From assembly GCA_963773275.1 (NCBI GenBank), contig CAVZAH010000009.1, positions 865 through 64,864 of the forward strand: a DNA stretch of 64,000 nt, written 5' to 3'. Positions 1-9,518 of the stretch are shown here, in pieces (positions within the stretch are counted from its first letter, which is position 1; each line of letters starts with the position of its first letter). The notes under the pieces were generated by a model. That model worked only from the letters and a program-made list of their open reading frames with translations, had not been told where the DNA came from and did not search any database. Source of the stretch: an uncultured Acidimicrobiia bacterium. Its GTDB lineage: Bacteria > Actinomycetota > Acidimicrobiia > Acidimicrobiales > AC-14. A program made the translations under genes and the position numbers.

Positions 1-54
1 AGGTCGACGTTGCTAACCCGGCGAGCCAGTTTTGGAGCTGCGCTGGCGACGGCC

Positions 55-528
55 TCAACGACTGGTTTCGACTCGCTCCCGTCCCGATCGGGCTCGCTTG
101 GAAGCTGACCGACGACGCAGACCTCGCGCAACGAGCCAACCCACAGCGGTTCCCGGGACAAAGCAGGCCAGGACTTCCTGAACTGCTCTCCCGGGACCCG
201 ATTCGGGTTCCCCTACCGACCAGACCGATGTCTTCTGCTCGACTCTGACCACGCTCTCCCTCATACCGAGCCAGCGCCGCTCGACGACAAATCGCTGCGC
301 GTCGACCTGCCTCACCCGGATGCTCGATCCCGGCCATCGGTACTTTCCGGTCTCCTCCGTGGCTACCGGCCTAGCGGCCTCGAATGTCGGATAGCGCGGT
401 GGCGCGAAGACCTCGAATTGTGCGAACAGGTAGACCCAGACGACCACGGCCACGAGCACGCCGACCGCCAACCCAGCGATCACCGGGACGAGCAATCGTC
501 GCTGATTCAGCACACTAGGTCCAGCCAA
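55..528 (-). CDS. hypothetical single-pass membrane protein
   Basis: ORF with N-terminal hydrophobic helix (LLVPVIAGLAVGVLVAVVVWVYLF); ATG overlaps stop of upstream vWA gene; no recognisable domain. Confidence 0.4.
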   Translation of the reverse strand: MAGPSVLNQRRLLVPVIAGLAVGVLVAVVVWVYLFAQFEVFAPPRYPTFEAARPVATEETGKYRWPGSSIRVRQVDAQRFVVERRWLGMRESVVRVEQKTSVWSVGEPESGPGRAVQEVLACFVPGTAVGWLVARGLRRRSASKRARSGRERVETSR

Positions 529-3102
529 AACGGCACGCTGGCGGTGCTGGGCTCGTCGTCGATGTGCGCCTGCCCCGGGTTGGTCGGATCACCAGCCTGG
601 TCCTGGATGCGCTTGAGGAGTTCCTCCACCTTCACATCGCTCCGGCGAAGCTTGATGCCCAGGTCGATGGCTATGCGGCCACTGCGGACGTCCTGCTCGG
701 ATGCCCCGAGGTTGCCCGCCTGCTCATTGCAGGACAATGCCGTGTTTGCCACTCGTGGATGAAAATACCCCGTTGCCAGAAACCCGACGAAGTGTCGGGA
801 CGGGCTGCGCTCAGAGTCATCGTCGGGGAAGCCGTCACTGTCGACGATGTCCTTGCGGTAGTGAGACGTAGCCTTGATCTCCTCCGGGGGATCCACGCGG
901 TTCGGCCCGTCTAGCAGAAGCGGGAACGGATGGCGTCCGGGGTCGAGACCGGCCAAAAGCTCGCTCGCCTTGCGCATGAAGGCGTCGTTGCTGCAGCCAT
1001 TGGCGTCTCCCGTGCAGTTCGCCTCGCCCGCGAAGTCTCTGAGTCTCTTCATCATCTTGTCGAAGGATGCTCCGACGAGGGGGTCCGTTCCGTCCCTAAC
1101 CTCGTCACCGTCGGACTTGCCGTCCCCGTCCGTGTCGGCGATGAACGGCTTCGTCCCCCGGGTCTTCTCCTGGGAGTCCGACAGTCCGTCACCATCGGTG
1201 TCGGCCAGCCGGGGATCGCTGTACACGAGATTCCAGGTGTAGTCGGGGCCGAGGAAATCTAGGACCTTCGCGCCGATCTCGACACTGTCTGAGAGTCCGT
1301 CGCCGTCGGTGTCGACGAGCGTCGGATCGGAGGTGTAGCGCGAGCCATAGAAGGGCCCGGAGATGGCGCCGTTGCGTTCCTGGCAGTCCGTGAGTCCGTC
1401 GCCGTCGGTGTCGGTCCCTTCGTCAACGTTGTTGTGATGGATCTCATCGAAGGCGGCGGCCAGTTGGCTGGCATTGGCCACCGGGAAGTACTGGCCGCCA
1501 GTCCCGGCGGCGATGTCGCGCAGCAGCGTCTCGTTGACCGCTGAACCGAGCCCGATCGTGTAGATGGTGATGGACTTCGACTTGGCTTCGGTGGTGAGGT
1601 CGATGGAGTACGACCCGTCGCCGTCGGTGAGCAGCACAATCACCCGGGCCGGGTCGCCCTGGGCGCCGAGCGAGTCGATTCCGGTGCGGATGCCGGCACC
1701 GATGTTGGTGCTGCCGGAGTCGTCGATGGTGTCGATGGCGGCCTTGAGCGCAGCCTTGTCCGACGTCAGTGCCTGGGCCAAACGGGACGAGCCGTCGAAG
1801 TCCACGACAGAGGCCCGGTCGTTGACGAGCAGGGTGTCGACCAGCTTCTTGGACTCCGACCGGCGCAGGCCCTGGGGGTCGTTGTCCGCCATCGACCCCG
1901 AACTGTCGAGCACGAGGGCCAGGTCGAGGGCCACGGGAGGCGATCCGGTGGCCCGACACGTCGCACCCACAGAGGTGAGCACGCCGTTCCACTGAAGGGA
2001 GTCGAAGAGCGAGTAGGTCGAGAAGTGGGTGACCTCGGCAGTCACGACATTGCCCAGGAGGTCGACCACTTGGATGTCTGCGGCAGGCACCCACATCTGG
2101 TGCGGCTCGTCATACCTGAACAGCCGAAGATTGGCCTCGTCGCCGGTCACCTGGGCGTCGGTGTAGGTCATCGACACGGTGGCCTTCTGGAGGCGATCGG
2201 TGTAGGCGGGGGAGAGTTCGAGCCCGATCGGCGAACCGACCTGGCCGGTGGCGCCGTTCAGCGTGGGGACCGGAGTGAGGTCTTCGAACCGGAAGTGCTC
2301 GGCCAGAGAGGCGTCGCCGGTGAGGGCCACCGTCGTGCCGCCCTCGGTGGCCGACGTCGTCCTGGTCTCGGCCACGAGCGGGTCGGTCCCCCCGGCGATC
2401 TCGGCGCCGTCGGGGAGGTCGTCCTCATCGGTGTCGGCCCGAAGGGGATCTGTCTCGTGGACCAGCACCTCCTGGCCGTCGTTCAGACCGTCGCCGTCGG
2501 TGTCAGCCGTGATGGGCGAGGTTCCTGCCGCCTGCTCCTGGATCGCCCTGAGGCTGTCCCCGTCGACGTCCTCCTCTGCGTCCCCGATCCCGTCGACGTC
2601 GGTGTCGGCCTTGAAGGGCGAGTGCTCCGGACCGCCGTCGAGGATCTCGAAGGTGTCGGTCAGGCCGTCGTGGTCGGTGTCGGCAAGCGTCGGATCGGTT
2701 CCGATCCGGCGTTCAAGCGTCGTCCGGGATGTCGTCGCTGTCCCGGTCGGCGTTGGGGTCGGGAAGAGTCGTCGTCGTGGTGGTCGTGGTGGAGGTCGAC
2801 GTGGTCGTCGTAACCGGGGTACAGCCCAAGGCGACGGCGACCGAGTCAAACACGGCCCGGAACGACGGCAGCGCCGCGCCCAGACTGCGCAGGACTGAGC
2901 ACACGACGGGGTTGGCCTTCGCCGCCGCCCTCGGCGGGGTCCGCTGGGTGGACGCGGTCGCTGTGGTGACACCGAGCGAGGCGACGATCAAGAGGGCGCC
3001 AAGGCAGAGGGCGGTCTGTTGGCGCGACCGCCGAAGCGGTGACTCGGCCAGGCTCCGGGTACCCCGCTGGACTGCCCGTGCCACCCGATCCAGCGTCGAC
3101 AT
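507..3102 (-). CDS. secreted von Willebrand factor A domain protein with many thrombospondin type-3-like Asp-rich Ca-binding repeats; encoded as two ORFs (507-2972 and 2713-3102) joined by an apparent frameshift near 2715-2725
   Basis: Repeated DTDGDGLSD/DTDHDGLTD motifs; vWA MIDAS-like LDSSGSMAD...TDG; upstream ORF has strong SD GGAGGTG 9 nt before ATG at 3102, a signal/TM segment (ALCLGALLIVASLGV) and a poly-Thr linker, then stops while the TSP3 frame continues. Confidence 0.6.
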
Positions 3103-3351
3103 CCCCCCGCCACCTCCGCCAGTTGGCGCTCCACCGTGAGGCGCCGGTCGGCAGAGTACAGGAGCAGAACGACTGCTCGCCGGGTCGAGCCCGGTGTCAC
3201 CGGACCGTGCGGGTACGACGTTAGGCGGGCGAGCGGAGGCACCGGACGGTGTTGTTCGACCCGGGTGACCCCTCGGCGACCCGGAAGGGGTGACGGGATC
3301 ATCGACACCTACAGTCCAGCTCTTCGCGTCCGAAGGGAAGACGTCGTCGCC

Positions 3352-3879
3352 GTGTTGGCGCGGAAGTGCGCCCACGTCGGGGTCGCTCCGCCGGACCTGG
3401 CGACCATTCACGCCTCACCGTTTCGGACCGAGATCGAGGCCGAGTGGGGGAACATGCTCGCCCACCAGTTGCCGGCCCTTCCGCCGTTCAAGCAGTTCTG
3501 GAACGGGCTCGAAGAACTCTTTGGATGGCTCGAACAGACTGTGGTCCTGCCCACGCTCGCCCGGGCGGAGCTAGGGCACCTCGATCCGGAGTGGCGCGCG
3601 CCTCGCTCGATGACAAGCTGGCGATCGGGGGCTCCTATCGAGCTAATCCGCTTTGCGGGAGCCAACCGACTGAAGGTGGCAATCGACTACCGCGCTGAAC
3701 AGGGTCGATGGGGCCCGCGAGTCGTCGAACCGTATTCGCTCCGCCGGACGCTGGACGGCAACCTGGTCCTCTTCGTGGTCAACGACCGTGGCTTTCTCCG
3801 CAGCTATCGCGTCGACCGCATCGCCGGTGCTTCCGTCACCCGAGACTCCTTCGTCCCCCGCTTTTTCGTGGAGTTCTGA
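3352..3879 (+). CDS. WYL domain protein (small, no obvious HTH); start uncertain (GTG 3352 or ATG near 3455)
   Basis: C-terminal ...GPRVVEPYSLRRTLDGNLVLFVVNDRGFLRSYRVDRI matches the WYL signature; N-terminal part of listed ORF 3136-3879 is Arg-rich and probably not coding. Confidence 0.55.
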   Translation: MLARKCAHVGVAPPDLATIHASPFRTEIEAEWGNMLAHQLPALPPFKQFWNGLEELFGWLEQTVVLPTLARAELGHLDPEWRAPRSMTSWRSGAPIELIRFAGANRLKVAIDYRAEQGRWGPRVVEPYSLRRTLDGNLVLFVVNDRGFLRSYRVDRIAGASVTRDSFVPRFFVEF

Positions 3880-4070
3880 CGCACTGCTCGCGCCCGGTCG
3901 AGCCAGGCGGCTCTGGATCGAGGCCCGTGGTTCTCGAAGCGGCTGGCTCCAACCGGATCGTTGAGTGTTTGACGACCAACTATCCGCCCGCTTATCTCGG
4001 GTGTACTGGGACGTACTGGGTGTACGCGGTGGACTGGAGCGCCGACAGAACCGCAGGTCAGGGCACTAGA

Positions 4071-4144
4071 GCGCACTCGATAGACAATCGGGAGCGGACT
4101 CTTAATCCGCGGGTTCAGGGTTCGAGTCCCTGGGGGCGCACCCA
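4071..4144 (+). tRNA. tRNA-like element (degenerate tRNA or 3' tRNA fragment, Lys-CTT-like anticodon arm)
   Basis: Canonical anticodon arm GCGGA-CTCTTAA-TCCGC (4094-4110), 5-nt variable loop, T-arm CAGGG-TTCGAGT-CCCTG (4116-4132), acceptor 3' strand GGGGCGC + A + CCCA; possible 5' acceptor GCGCACT (6/7 pairs) but no convincing D-arm. Confidence 0.35.
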
Positions 4145-4260
4145 CAAAGTCGCAGGTCAGGACGCTGCAGAGTTCCTGTCCTGTCGGATTCTCGGCACCC
4201 TTCACCCGCTCATCCGCCCGCTTATGACTGACAGTGCTAAACTGTTGCTAAACTCGTGTC

Positions 4261-4740
4261 GTGACACCGAGTGAAGAGCGGTTCCGGGCGAAGGTGCGCC
4301 AGCAAGGCAGCCACGAGGTGTGGTCCGGTGCTCGGGACGCCCGAGGCACGGGACTGGTCCGCATCGATGGCTCCCTTCGCACCGTGCAGCGAGCCGCCTG
4401 GGAGTTCGCTCACGGTCCCCTTCCTCCCGGGGCCCGAGTGCTCGCCTGTCCGGAGGAGCGTGCCTGCGTGCATCTCGGCCACCTGCGACTCGACCGGCCG
4501 CAGACGGCGACAGTGACACCGCCTCGCCGCCAGCGCCGCACCGGATCGAAGCGCGAGGTCAAGCCCGGGGTCTGGGAGCTGGCTGTCAGCCTCGGTACCG
4601 GGCCCGACGGCCGCACTCGACGTCGCTACCGCACGATCAACGGCGGCGAGGATGACGCGGACCAGGCGCTCACCGACCTTGTCGAGACGACGTTCGGGCC
4701 TACATCGCCTGGGAGACCTACGAGTGCGGGAGCTCCTTGA
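4261..4740 (+). CDS. HNH endonuclease-like domain followed by integrase AP2-type arm-binding domain (probably part of a disrupted integrase locus)
   Basis: VWSGARDARGTGLVRIDGSLRTVQRAAWEFAHGPLPPGARVLACPEERACVHLGHL resembles HNH_3 (catalytic His apparently replaced); GVWELAVSLGTGPDGRTRRRYRTINGGEDDADQALTDL resembles integrase N-terminal arm-binding domain. Confidence 0.5.
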   Translation: MTPSEERFRAKVRQQGSHEVWSGARDARGTGLVRIDGSLRTVQRAAWEFAHGPLPPGARVLACPEERACVHLGHLRLDRPQTATVTPPRRQRRTGSKREVKPGVWELAVSLGTGPDGRTRRRYRTINGGEDDADQALTDLVETTFGPTSPGRPTSAGAP

Positions 4741-5029
4741 TCGTTACCTCACCTGGCTCGACGACGGTACCGCCACCGCTCCGATCGAGAGCTACCGCAA
4801 GATCGCGGACACCGTCATCGAACCCGTCTGCGGTCGCCAGTTCGCCGCGCTCCTCGACACCGCCGACGTCGATGTCCTGCTGCGGACAGCGCACCAGGGC
4901 GGCGCCTCTCCCCAGGAACTGAAGGAGATCCTCGCCCTCCTGGCCGAGACCTACCGCTGGGCGCGAGGCCGGCGGTGGACGACCCGGAATCCGACGGCGG
5001 ATACTCGAGTTCGCGACATCGTGCGCTGA
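4652..5029 (+). pseudogene. tyrosine recombinase/phage integrase N-terminal core-binding (SAM-like) domain fragment; catalytic domain missing
   Basis: RVRELLDRYLTWLDDGTATAPIESYRKIADTVIEPVCGRQFAALLDTADVDVLL...ETYRWARGRRWTTRNP typical of integrase N-domain; out of frame with upstream AP2 domain; ORF stops at 5029 with no R..HxxR..Y catalytic domain. Confidence 0.5.
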
Positions 5030-5095
5030 TCGCCGTGGGTATCCAAGCTGGGCCGGGACCCGCGACCTTCGGGCTTTGCGCTCCGACGCAGCGGC

Positions 5096-5530
5096 TCAGG
5101 CATCCCCGGCGCCAGGATCGACTGGCTGGGCTCGCATGAGCTGCGGCACGCCATCGAAGATCGAGTCCTCGGTGGCGAGCGGGCGGTTGGCGGCGAGTGC
5201 GACAGCGGCGACCCACCGGTCGGCCTCGTGCTCCTTGGCCGCGAGTCCGTGACCAGCGCGAGCAGCCCAGGTCCGCACGCCGACGTAGGCGTCGATGACC
5301 TCACCGATCGGCGGGATGACCACCGTCATGCCTACCAGGCGTTCGAGCTTGCTCCGCCGCGTGGCGCCCCACCCGGCGATCTCGGCCCCGAACCGCATCT
5401 CGGCAACCACCGGAAAGGGCAGGATCCATCCGACCGGAGCGAGAACCGGCTGCCACCGCTCCTTTCTTGCAGATGGTCGTTGGTCGAGCCACACGCTGGC
5501 GACCATCGTGTCAACCACGACGGCTGGCAT
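5096..5530 (-). CDS. vapC: PIN-domain VapC-type toxin
   Basis: VVVDTMVASVWLD N-terminus and WVAAVALAANRPLATED C-terminal motif typical of PIN/VapC; immediately downstream of small antitoxin-like ORF. Confidence 0.7.
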   Translation of the reverse strand: MPAVVVDTMVASVWLDQRPSARKERWQPVLAPVGWILPFPVVAEMRFGAEIAGWGATRRSKLERLVGMTVVIPPIGEVIDAYVGVRTWAARAGHGLAAKEHEADRWVAAVALAANRPLATEDSIFDGVPQLMRAQPVDPGAGDA

Positions 5531-5539
5531 CAGCAGGTG

Positions 5540-5776
5540 TCAGGCGTCTTCGAGGATCCGGAAGAACTCGTCCGCTTCCTCTGGGGTCAGGTCGTCGATG
5601 GCCAACCGATCGAGATCGCCCATGGGTTGCAAGCCTTCGAGCAGCTCAGCGATGGTCGGCTCCGCCCGCTCAGGATGATGAGTTGCGTTGTCCGACACAC
5701 CGGCTCCCTTCCGCGCAGCTGTTGGCAAGGGTAGCGGGTGGGTCGCCGCCGCCTGCCGAGCCGCCCGACGCCACAT
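5540..5776 (-). CDS. putative antitoxin partner of VapC (start likely internal)
   Basis: Small acidic C-terminus LLEGLQPMGDLDRLAIDDLTPEEADEFFRILEDA; stop 10 nt before vapC start. Confidence 0.45.
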   Translation of the reverse strand: MWRRAARQAAATHPLPLPTAARKGAGVSDNATHHPERAEPTIAELLEGLQPMGDLDRLAIDDLTPEEADEFFRILEDA

Positions 5777-6461
5777 GGCCAGGCTTCGCAGCCGGATGCT
5801 CGACCACGACGGCGCCCCGTGGAAGGATCGAAGGCATGAAGGACGGCCGGATCAGCCGACACGACGATTTCCGATCGACCGTGGCGCTGCTCCGATCGAG
5901 GGCGACCCCCGAGCGGCGGGCCGAAACCTGAACCTCGTCTTCGGCCCGGAGGACGAGGAGGATTTCCTCGCCTCCCAGGACGCGCTCCTCGACCGCTTCG
6001 CGCGTTGGTTGGACGAGGAGCGCCCGGTCGAAGGCGATCCGGAGGAGATCGCCAGCGATGTCGGCCTCGCCCTGAGCTGGAAGTGGGGCTATGGCGACGG
6101 CGACCTCGGCCGATGGCAGACCGGGGATGTCGCTGAGTTCCTCCTGGAGTGGTGCCCCCGGAAGCTGAGCGTGTCGCAAGCCGGCTGCGGCTCCATCCCC
6201 TCCTCGTTGGCCGCCTTCGCCGCCTTCCTGGACGACCAGGCGTTACTGGCACTCGGGTCGTCGATGTTGAGAACCTGGCCCCGCGTACACGTTCCTGGTA
6301 CAAGTGCAGTCGAGGCCCTACGGCCACTACGGGGCCCCGCGAGACATTCGCGTCGGGGCCACCCGGTCGGCACGCCGCCGGTCGAGAACGTCCCGGAGGT
6401 CTGCACTGGTGGGCATCGACCGGTCACGGGAGCCGCAACCGTTCAACGGGCTGGCCAGTGA
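5688..6461 (+). CDS. hypothetical protein (true start probably well downstream of 5688)
   Basis: Protein-like middle segment [29 protein letters not shown]...[27 protein letters not shown]; no recognised domain. Confidence 0.3.
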   Translation: MSDTPAPFRAAVGKGSGWVAAACRAARRHMARLRSRMLDHDGAPWKDRRHEGRPDQPTRRFPIDRGAAPIEGDPRAAGRNLNLVFGPEDEEDFLASQDALLDRFARWLDEERPVEGDPEEIASDVGLALSWKWGYGDGDLGRWQTGDVAEFLLEWCPRKLSVSQAGCGSIPSSLAAFAAFLDDQALLALGSSMLRTWPRVHVPGTSAVEALRPLRGPARHSRRGHPVGTPPVENVPEVCTGGHRPVTGAATVQRAGQ

Positions 6462-6831
6462 GATCGGCGATCAGCTCGTAGTCCTGGTCGAGATGGAGGA
6501 CCGTGAGCTGCGCCAGCTCGGCGGTCGCCGCGTTCAGCAGATCAGGGATCGAGGGTGCCCGATGCTGGCCCCGGTCGGCCAGGGCGGCCTGTACGGCGAC
6601 GGCACGATCCTCGATCGAGGGCGTCATGTACTCGATCGGCATGGACGCCAGAGGTGGCCTGCCGACGCTTGCCCGCAGCTCTCCGGCCGAGCGGGCGGAG
6701 AACCCGACCTCCAGACGCGTCACCGTCGTGATCCGCACCTGGCCACGCTGGATCCTCGACGCCCACTCCGCGGCATCGTCGCTCTGAGCGAGGCGCACCA
6801 GGGCGGACTTGTCGATCAACCAGGCAGTCAC
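6424..6831 (-). CDS. vapC: PIN-domain VapC-type toxin
   Basis: [14 protein letters not shown]...[32 protein letters not shown] classic VapC signature; 4-nt overlap with upstream antitoxin. Confidence 0.75.
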   Translation of the reverse strand: MTAWLIDKSALVRLAQSDDAAEWASRIQRGQVRITTVTRLEVGFSARSAGELRASVGRPPLASMPIEYMTPSIEDRAVAVQAALADRGQHRAPSIPDLLNAATAELAQLTVLHLDQDYELIADLTGQPVERLRLP

Positions 6832-7049
6832 CGCCAGGCTTGGCCCATCACCTCCGGATCATCGAGATCGGCGAAAGTCCGCGCGAACCGCGACAGATCA
6901 TCGACGGTCACGCTTCTGGAGTCGTCGCTCCGCTCGCGAGACAGCGTTCGCCGCAGGTACTCGGTCCGAGACAGCCCGGCCCGCTGCGCCTTCGCGTCGA
7001 TGGCGGCCACGACGTCGTCTGGGACGTCTCGGATCAGGATGTCCGGCAT
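6828..7049 (-). CDS. vapB: VapB/FitA-type ribbon-helix-helix antitoxin
   Basis: [36 protein letters not shown]; strong SD GGAGGTG upstream of ATG at 7049. Confidence 0.75.
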   Translation of the reverse strand: MPDILIRDVPDDVVAAIDAKAQRAGLSRTEYLRRTLSRERSDDSRSVTVDDLSRFARTFADLDDPEVMGQAWR

Positions 7050-7236
7050 GCGTACACCTCCGTGATATCTAACGATAACACCGGCCTGCCGCACGCAGAC
7101 AGTGTTCCCGCCGGGCGAGGTCGCTTCGGGGTCTGATGGTTCGCCGATTTTGTTCGCGAACCAGGCCTGGCGAGCGATGCGTTTGGCGGTGTGCTGAAGT
7201 CTGTCCAGGACTGTGTTCGCGACCAAGGAGAACCAC

Positions 7237-7650
7237 GTGAGCTCTCGACTCAATCCGTACATCACCTATGACGGCAACGCCCGAGCGGCCCTGGAGTTCT
7301 ACGAAAGCGTCCTGGGCGGCACGTTGAGGATCAACACCTTCGGCGAATTCGGGGGAGGGGACGAACCGGGCGCGGACAAGGTCATGCACGGCATGCTCGA
7401 GACCCCGAGCGGCTTCACACTCATGGGCGCCGACACACCCCCTGGGATGGAGCACGCGCCCGGGACCAACATCGCGGTCAGCCTGAGCGGCGACGACGCC
7501 GACGAGCTGCGCGGGTACTGGGAGAGCCTGTCCGCCAACGGCTCGATCTCGGTCCCCCTGGAGAAGCAGATGTGGGGCGACGAGTTCGGCATGTGCACCG
7601 ACCAGTTCGGCATCACGTGGATGGTGAACATCGCCCAGTCACCGGCGTGA
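7237..7650 (+). CDS. VOC/glyoxalase-fold protein of the PhnB-like family
   Basis: LNPYITYDGNARAALEFYESVLGG...VMHGML...GITWMVN typical of PhnB/3-demethylubiquinone-9 methyltransferase-like domain; AAGGAG 6 nt before GTG 7237. Confidence 0.6.
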   Translation: MSSRLNPYITYDGNARAALEFYESVLGGTLRINTFGEFGGGDEPGADKVMHGMLETPSGFTLMGADTPPGMEHAPGTNIAVSLSGDDADELRGYWESLSANGSISVPLEKQMWGDEFGMCTDQFGITWMVNIAQSPA

Positions 7651-7868
7651 GCGATGCCCTGGTCCCCGGTGGGGCGCTCCGCCGGTGAGGCTGACGCTGA
7701 GGGCGGCGAAGGCGGCCGCCACGACGACGTCGGACAGCGGTGGCCTCCAGCCGGCGTCGGCGTCGGCGTCGGCGTCTGCGGGATAAACGAAAGCCTTACC
7801 TCCCGCCGGCGCATCGCCCCCCGGGCGTACGTCTGCCGGCATACGCTGGCGAAGGCCGGTGGACCCCA

Positions 7869-9431
7869 CTAGTCCCCGGGGCCGTTCCCCCGCTGCAGGA
7901 GGGCTCTCACGGTCGTGATGGTGTCGGCGTCGGCCGGGTCCTTGTCGTCGCGATATCGCCGCACCCGGGCGAAGCGAAGGGCCACGCCACCGGCGTAGCG
8001 GGTCGACGCCTGGACCCCGTCGAGGGCGATCTCCACCACGAGGGGCGGGTCGATCTCGACCACGTGCGGGTGCGGCCGGCCGGACTCGCGGGCCAGGAAC
8101 TCGCTCGTCTGCCACTCGAGGAGGGCGTCGGTGAGGCCCTTGAACGTCTTGCCGACCATCACGTAGCCGCCCTCAGGGTCCCGGGCGCCCAGGTGGAGGT
8201 TCGACAACCAGCCCCGACGGCGGCCGCTTCCCCACTCGGCGGCCAGGACGACGAGGTCGAGGGTGTGAACCGGCTTCACCTTGCGCCACGCCGCCCCCCG
8301 CCGTCCGGCCTCGTAGGGCGATCCCACCGCCTTCACCATCACGCCCTCGTGGCCGGCCGCCAGCGCGTCAGCCTGGAAGGCAAGGGCGGCGTCGAGCTCA
8401 TCGGCCGTCGTGGCCAACGACGGCACCCGGGGCACACCGATGCGGTCGAGGGCGGCCGCCCGCTCGCCGAGAGGACGGTCGAGGAGGTCGGCGCCGTCGA
8501 GGTGGAGACAGTCGAAGAACCAGACGCCAAGCGACGCCCGTCCCGGGGGGCCGGTCCGCCGTCCGAAGCTGCTCATCGTCTCCTGGAACGCCTCCGGCCC
8601 CTCATCGCTCACGCCCAGGATCTCGCCGTCGAGCACCACCTGGCCGACGTCGAGGGTGCGCAGGAGGGCGACAACAGCCGGCAGGCGGTCGGTGACGTCG
8701 TTGAGGTTGCGGGTGTAGAGGCGGACCTCGTCCCCCTTGCGGTGGGCCTGGATGCGGGCGCCGTCGAGCTTCCACTCGATCAACGAGGGCCCGAGCTCGG
8801 CCAGGGCTGAGCCGACGTCGGCGGACGTGGATGCGAGCATGGGCAGGACGGGGCGGAGCACGTCGAGGCCGATGGCGGCCAGGCCGGCTTCGCCCTCGAC
8901 CAGAGCGACGGCGGACACGCGAGCGAGGTCGCCGGCCAACATGACCGCCCGCCGGACGGTCGCCAGGGGAACGCCCGACGCCCGGGCGACGGCGTCGGTC
9001 ATCACTCCTTCGAGGGCACCCTGCCGCAGCTCGCCCATCAGGACCCGCCGGATGAAGTCGGACTCGGCCGCGGTCGCTCGGGCCAGGAGGTCGCCCAGCA
9101 GGGCGAGGCGGCGGGCGCCCGCCCCCTGCCCTTCCAATGCCTGCAGCTCGGTGACGGCCCGGTCGAGCTCGAGGATCTCGATCGACGGGTTCTCGGCTGT
9201 GGTCGGGTCGACGGCGCGGAGAGTCGCCCACCCGATACCGACCTTGCCTTGCCGGGGCCGGCCGGCGAGGAAGGCGACCGCCGGCACCACCTCGTCCGGA
9301 GCCAGCCGCCGGAGCAAGTCCGAGAGGCTGGCGACCTTGGCTAGTCGGGATCGGGTGGAGCCCACCGCCTCCGACGTCCGCACCACCTCGGCGATCAGCA
9401 TCCGGCCAAGGTACGGCGCCGCCCTGCGCAC
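7869..9431 (-). CDS. ligB: ATP-dependent DNA ligase (LigB/Cdc9-like)
   Basis: Adenylation motif EWKLDGARIQAH (KxDG), ~520 aa, OB-fold C-terminus. Confidence 0.8.
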   Translation of the reverse strand: MRRAAPYLGRMLIAEVVRTSEAVGSTRSRLAKVASLSDLLRRLAPDEVVPAVAFLAGRPRQGKVGIGWATLRAVDPTTAENPSIEILELDRAVTELQALEGQGAGARRLALLGDLLARATAAESDFIRRVLMGELRQGALEGVMTDAVARASGVPLATVRRAVMLAGDLARVSAVALVEGEAGLAAIGLDVLRPVLPMLASTSADVGSALAELGPSLIEWKLDGARIQAHRKGDEVRLYTRNLNDVTDRLPAVVALLRTLDVGQVVLDGEILGVSDEGPEAFQETMSSFGRRTGPPGRASLGVWFFDCLHLDGADLLDRPLGERAAALDRIGVPRVPSLATTADELDAALAFQADALAAGHEGVMVKAVGSPYEAGRRGAAWRKVKPVHTLDLVVLAAEWGSGRRRGWLSNLHLGARDPEGGYVMVGKTFKGLTDALLEWQTSEFLARESGRPHPHVVEIDPPLVVEIALDGVQASTRYAGGVALRFARVRRYRDDKDPADADTITTVRALLQRGNGPGD

Positions 9432-9518
9432 GCCGTGATGAGTACAGATCTCGTACTGCTCCTTTGGCCGCCGAGACCGGGTTTACGCGGTGGACTCCAC
9501 CAGCGACAGAACGGGAGG

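Larger units (their letters stand above)
3982..5029. mobile_element. decayed integrative-element remnant: tRNA-like fragment bounded by 14-bp direct repeats, followed by an HNH-like gene and frameshifted/truncated tyrosine integrase
   Basis: ATCCGCCCGCTTAT at 3982-3995 and 4212-4225; local short tandem repeats (GTACTGGG x2, TGCTAAACT x2); integrase arm-binding and core-binding domains in different frames with no catalytic domain. Confidence 0.35.

Noticed and set aside
3760-4150. tmRNA (ssrA) spanning the tRNA-like 3' end
   Set aside because: The acceptor 3' strand is GGGGCGC, so the 5' end would not start with the universal GGGG. No tag-peptide reading frame ending in ...ALAA-stop was found, and the WYL CDS occupies the required upstream space.
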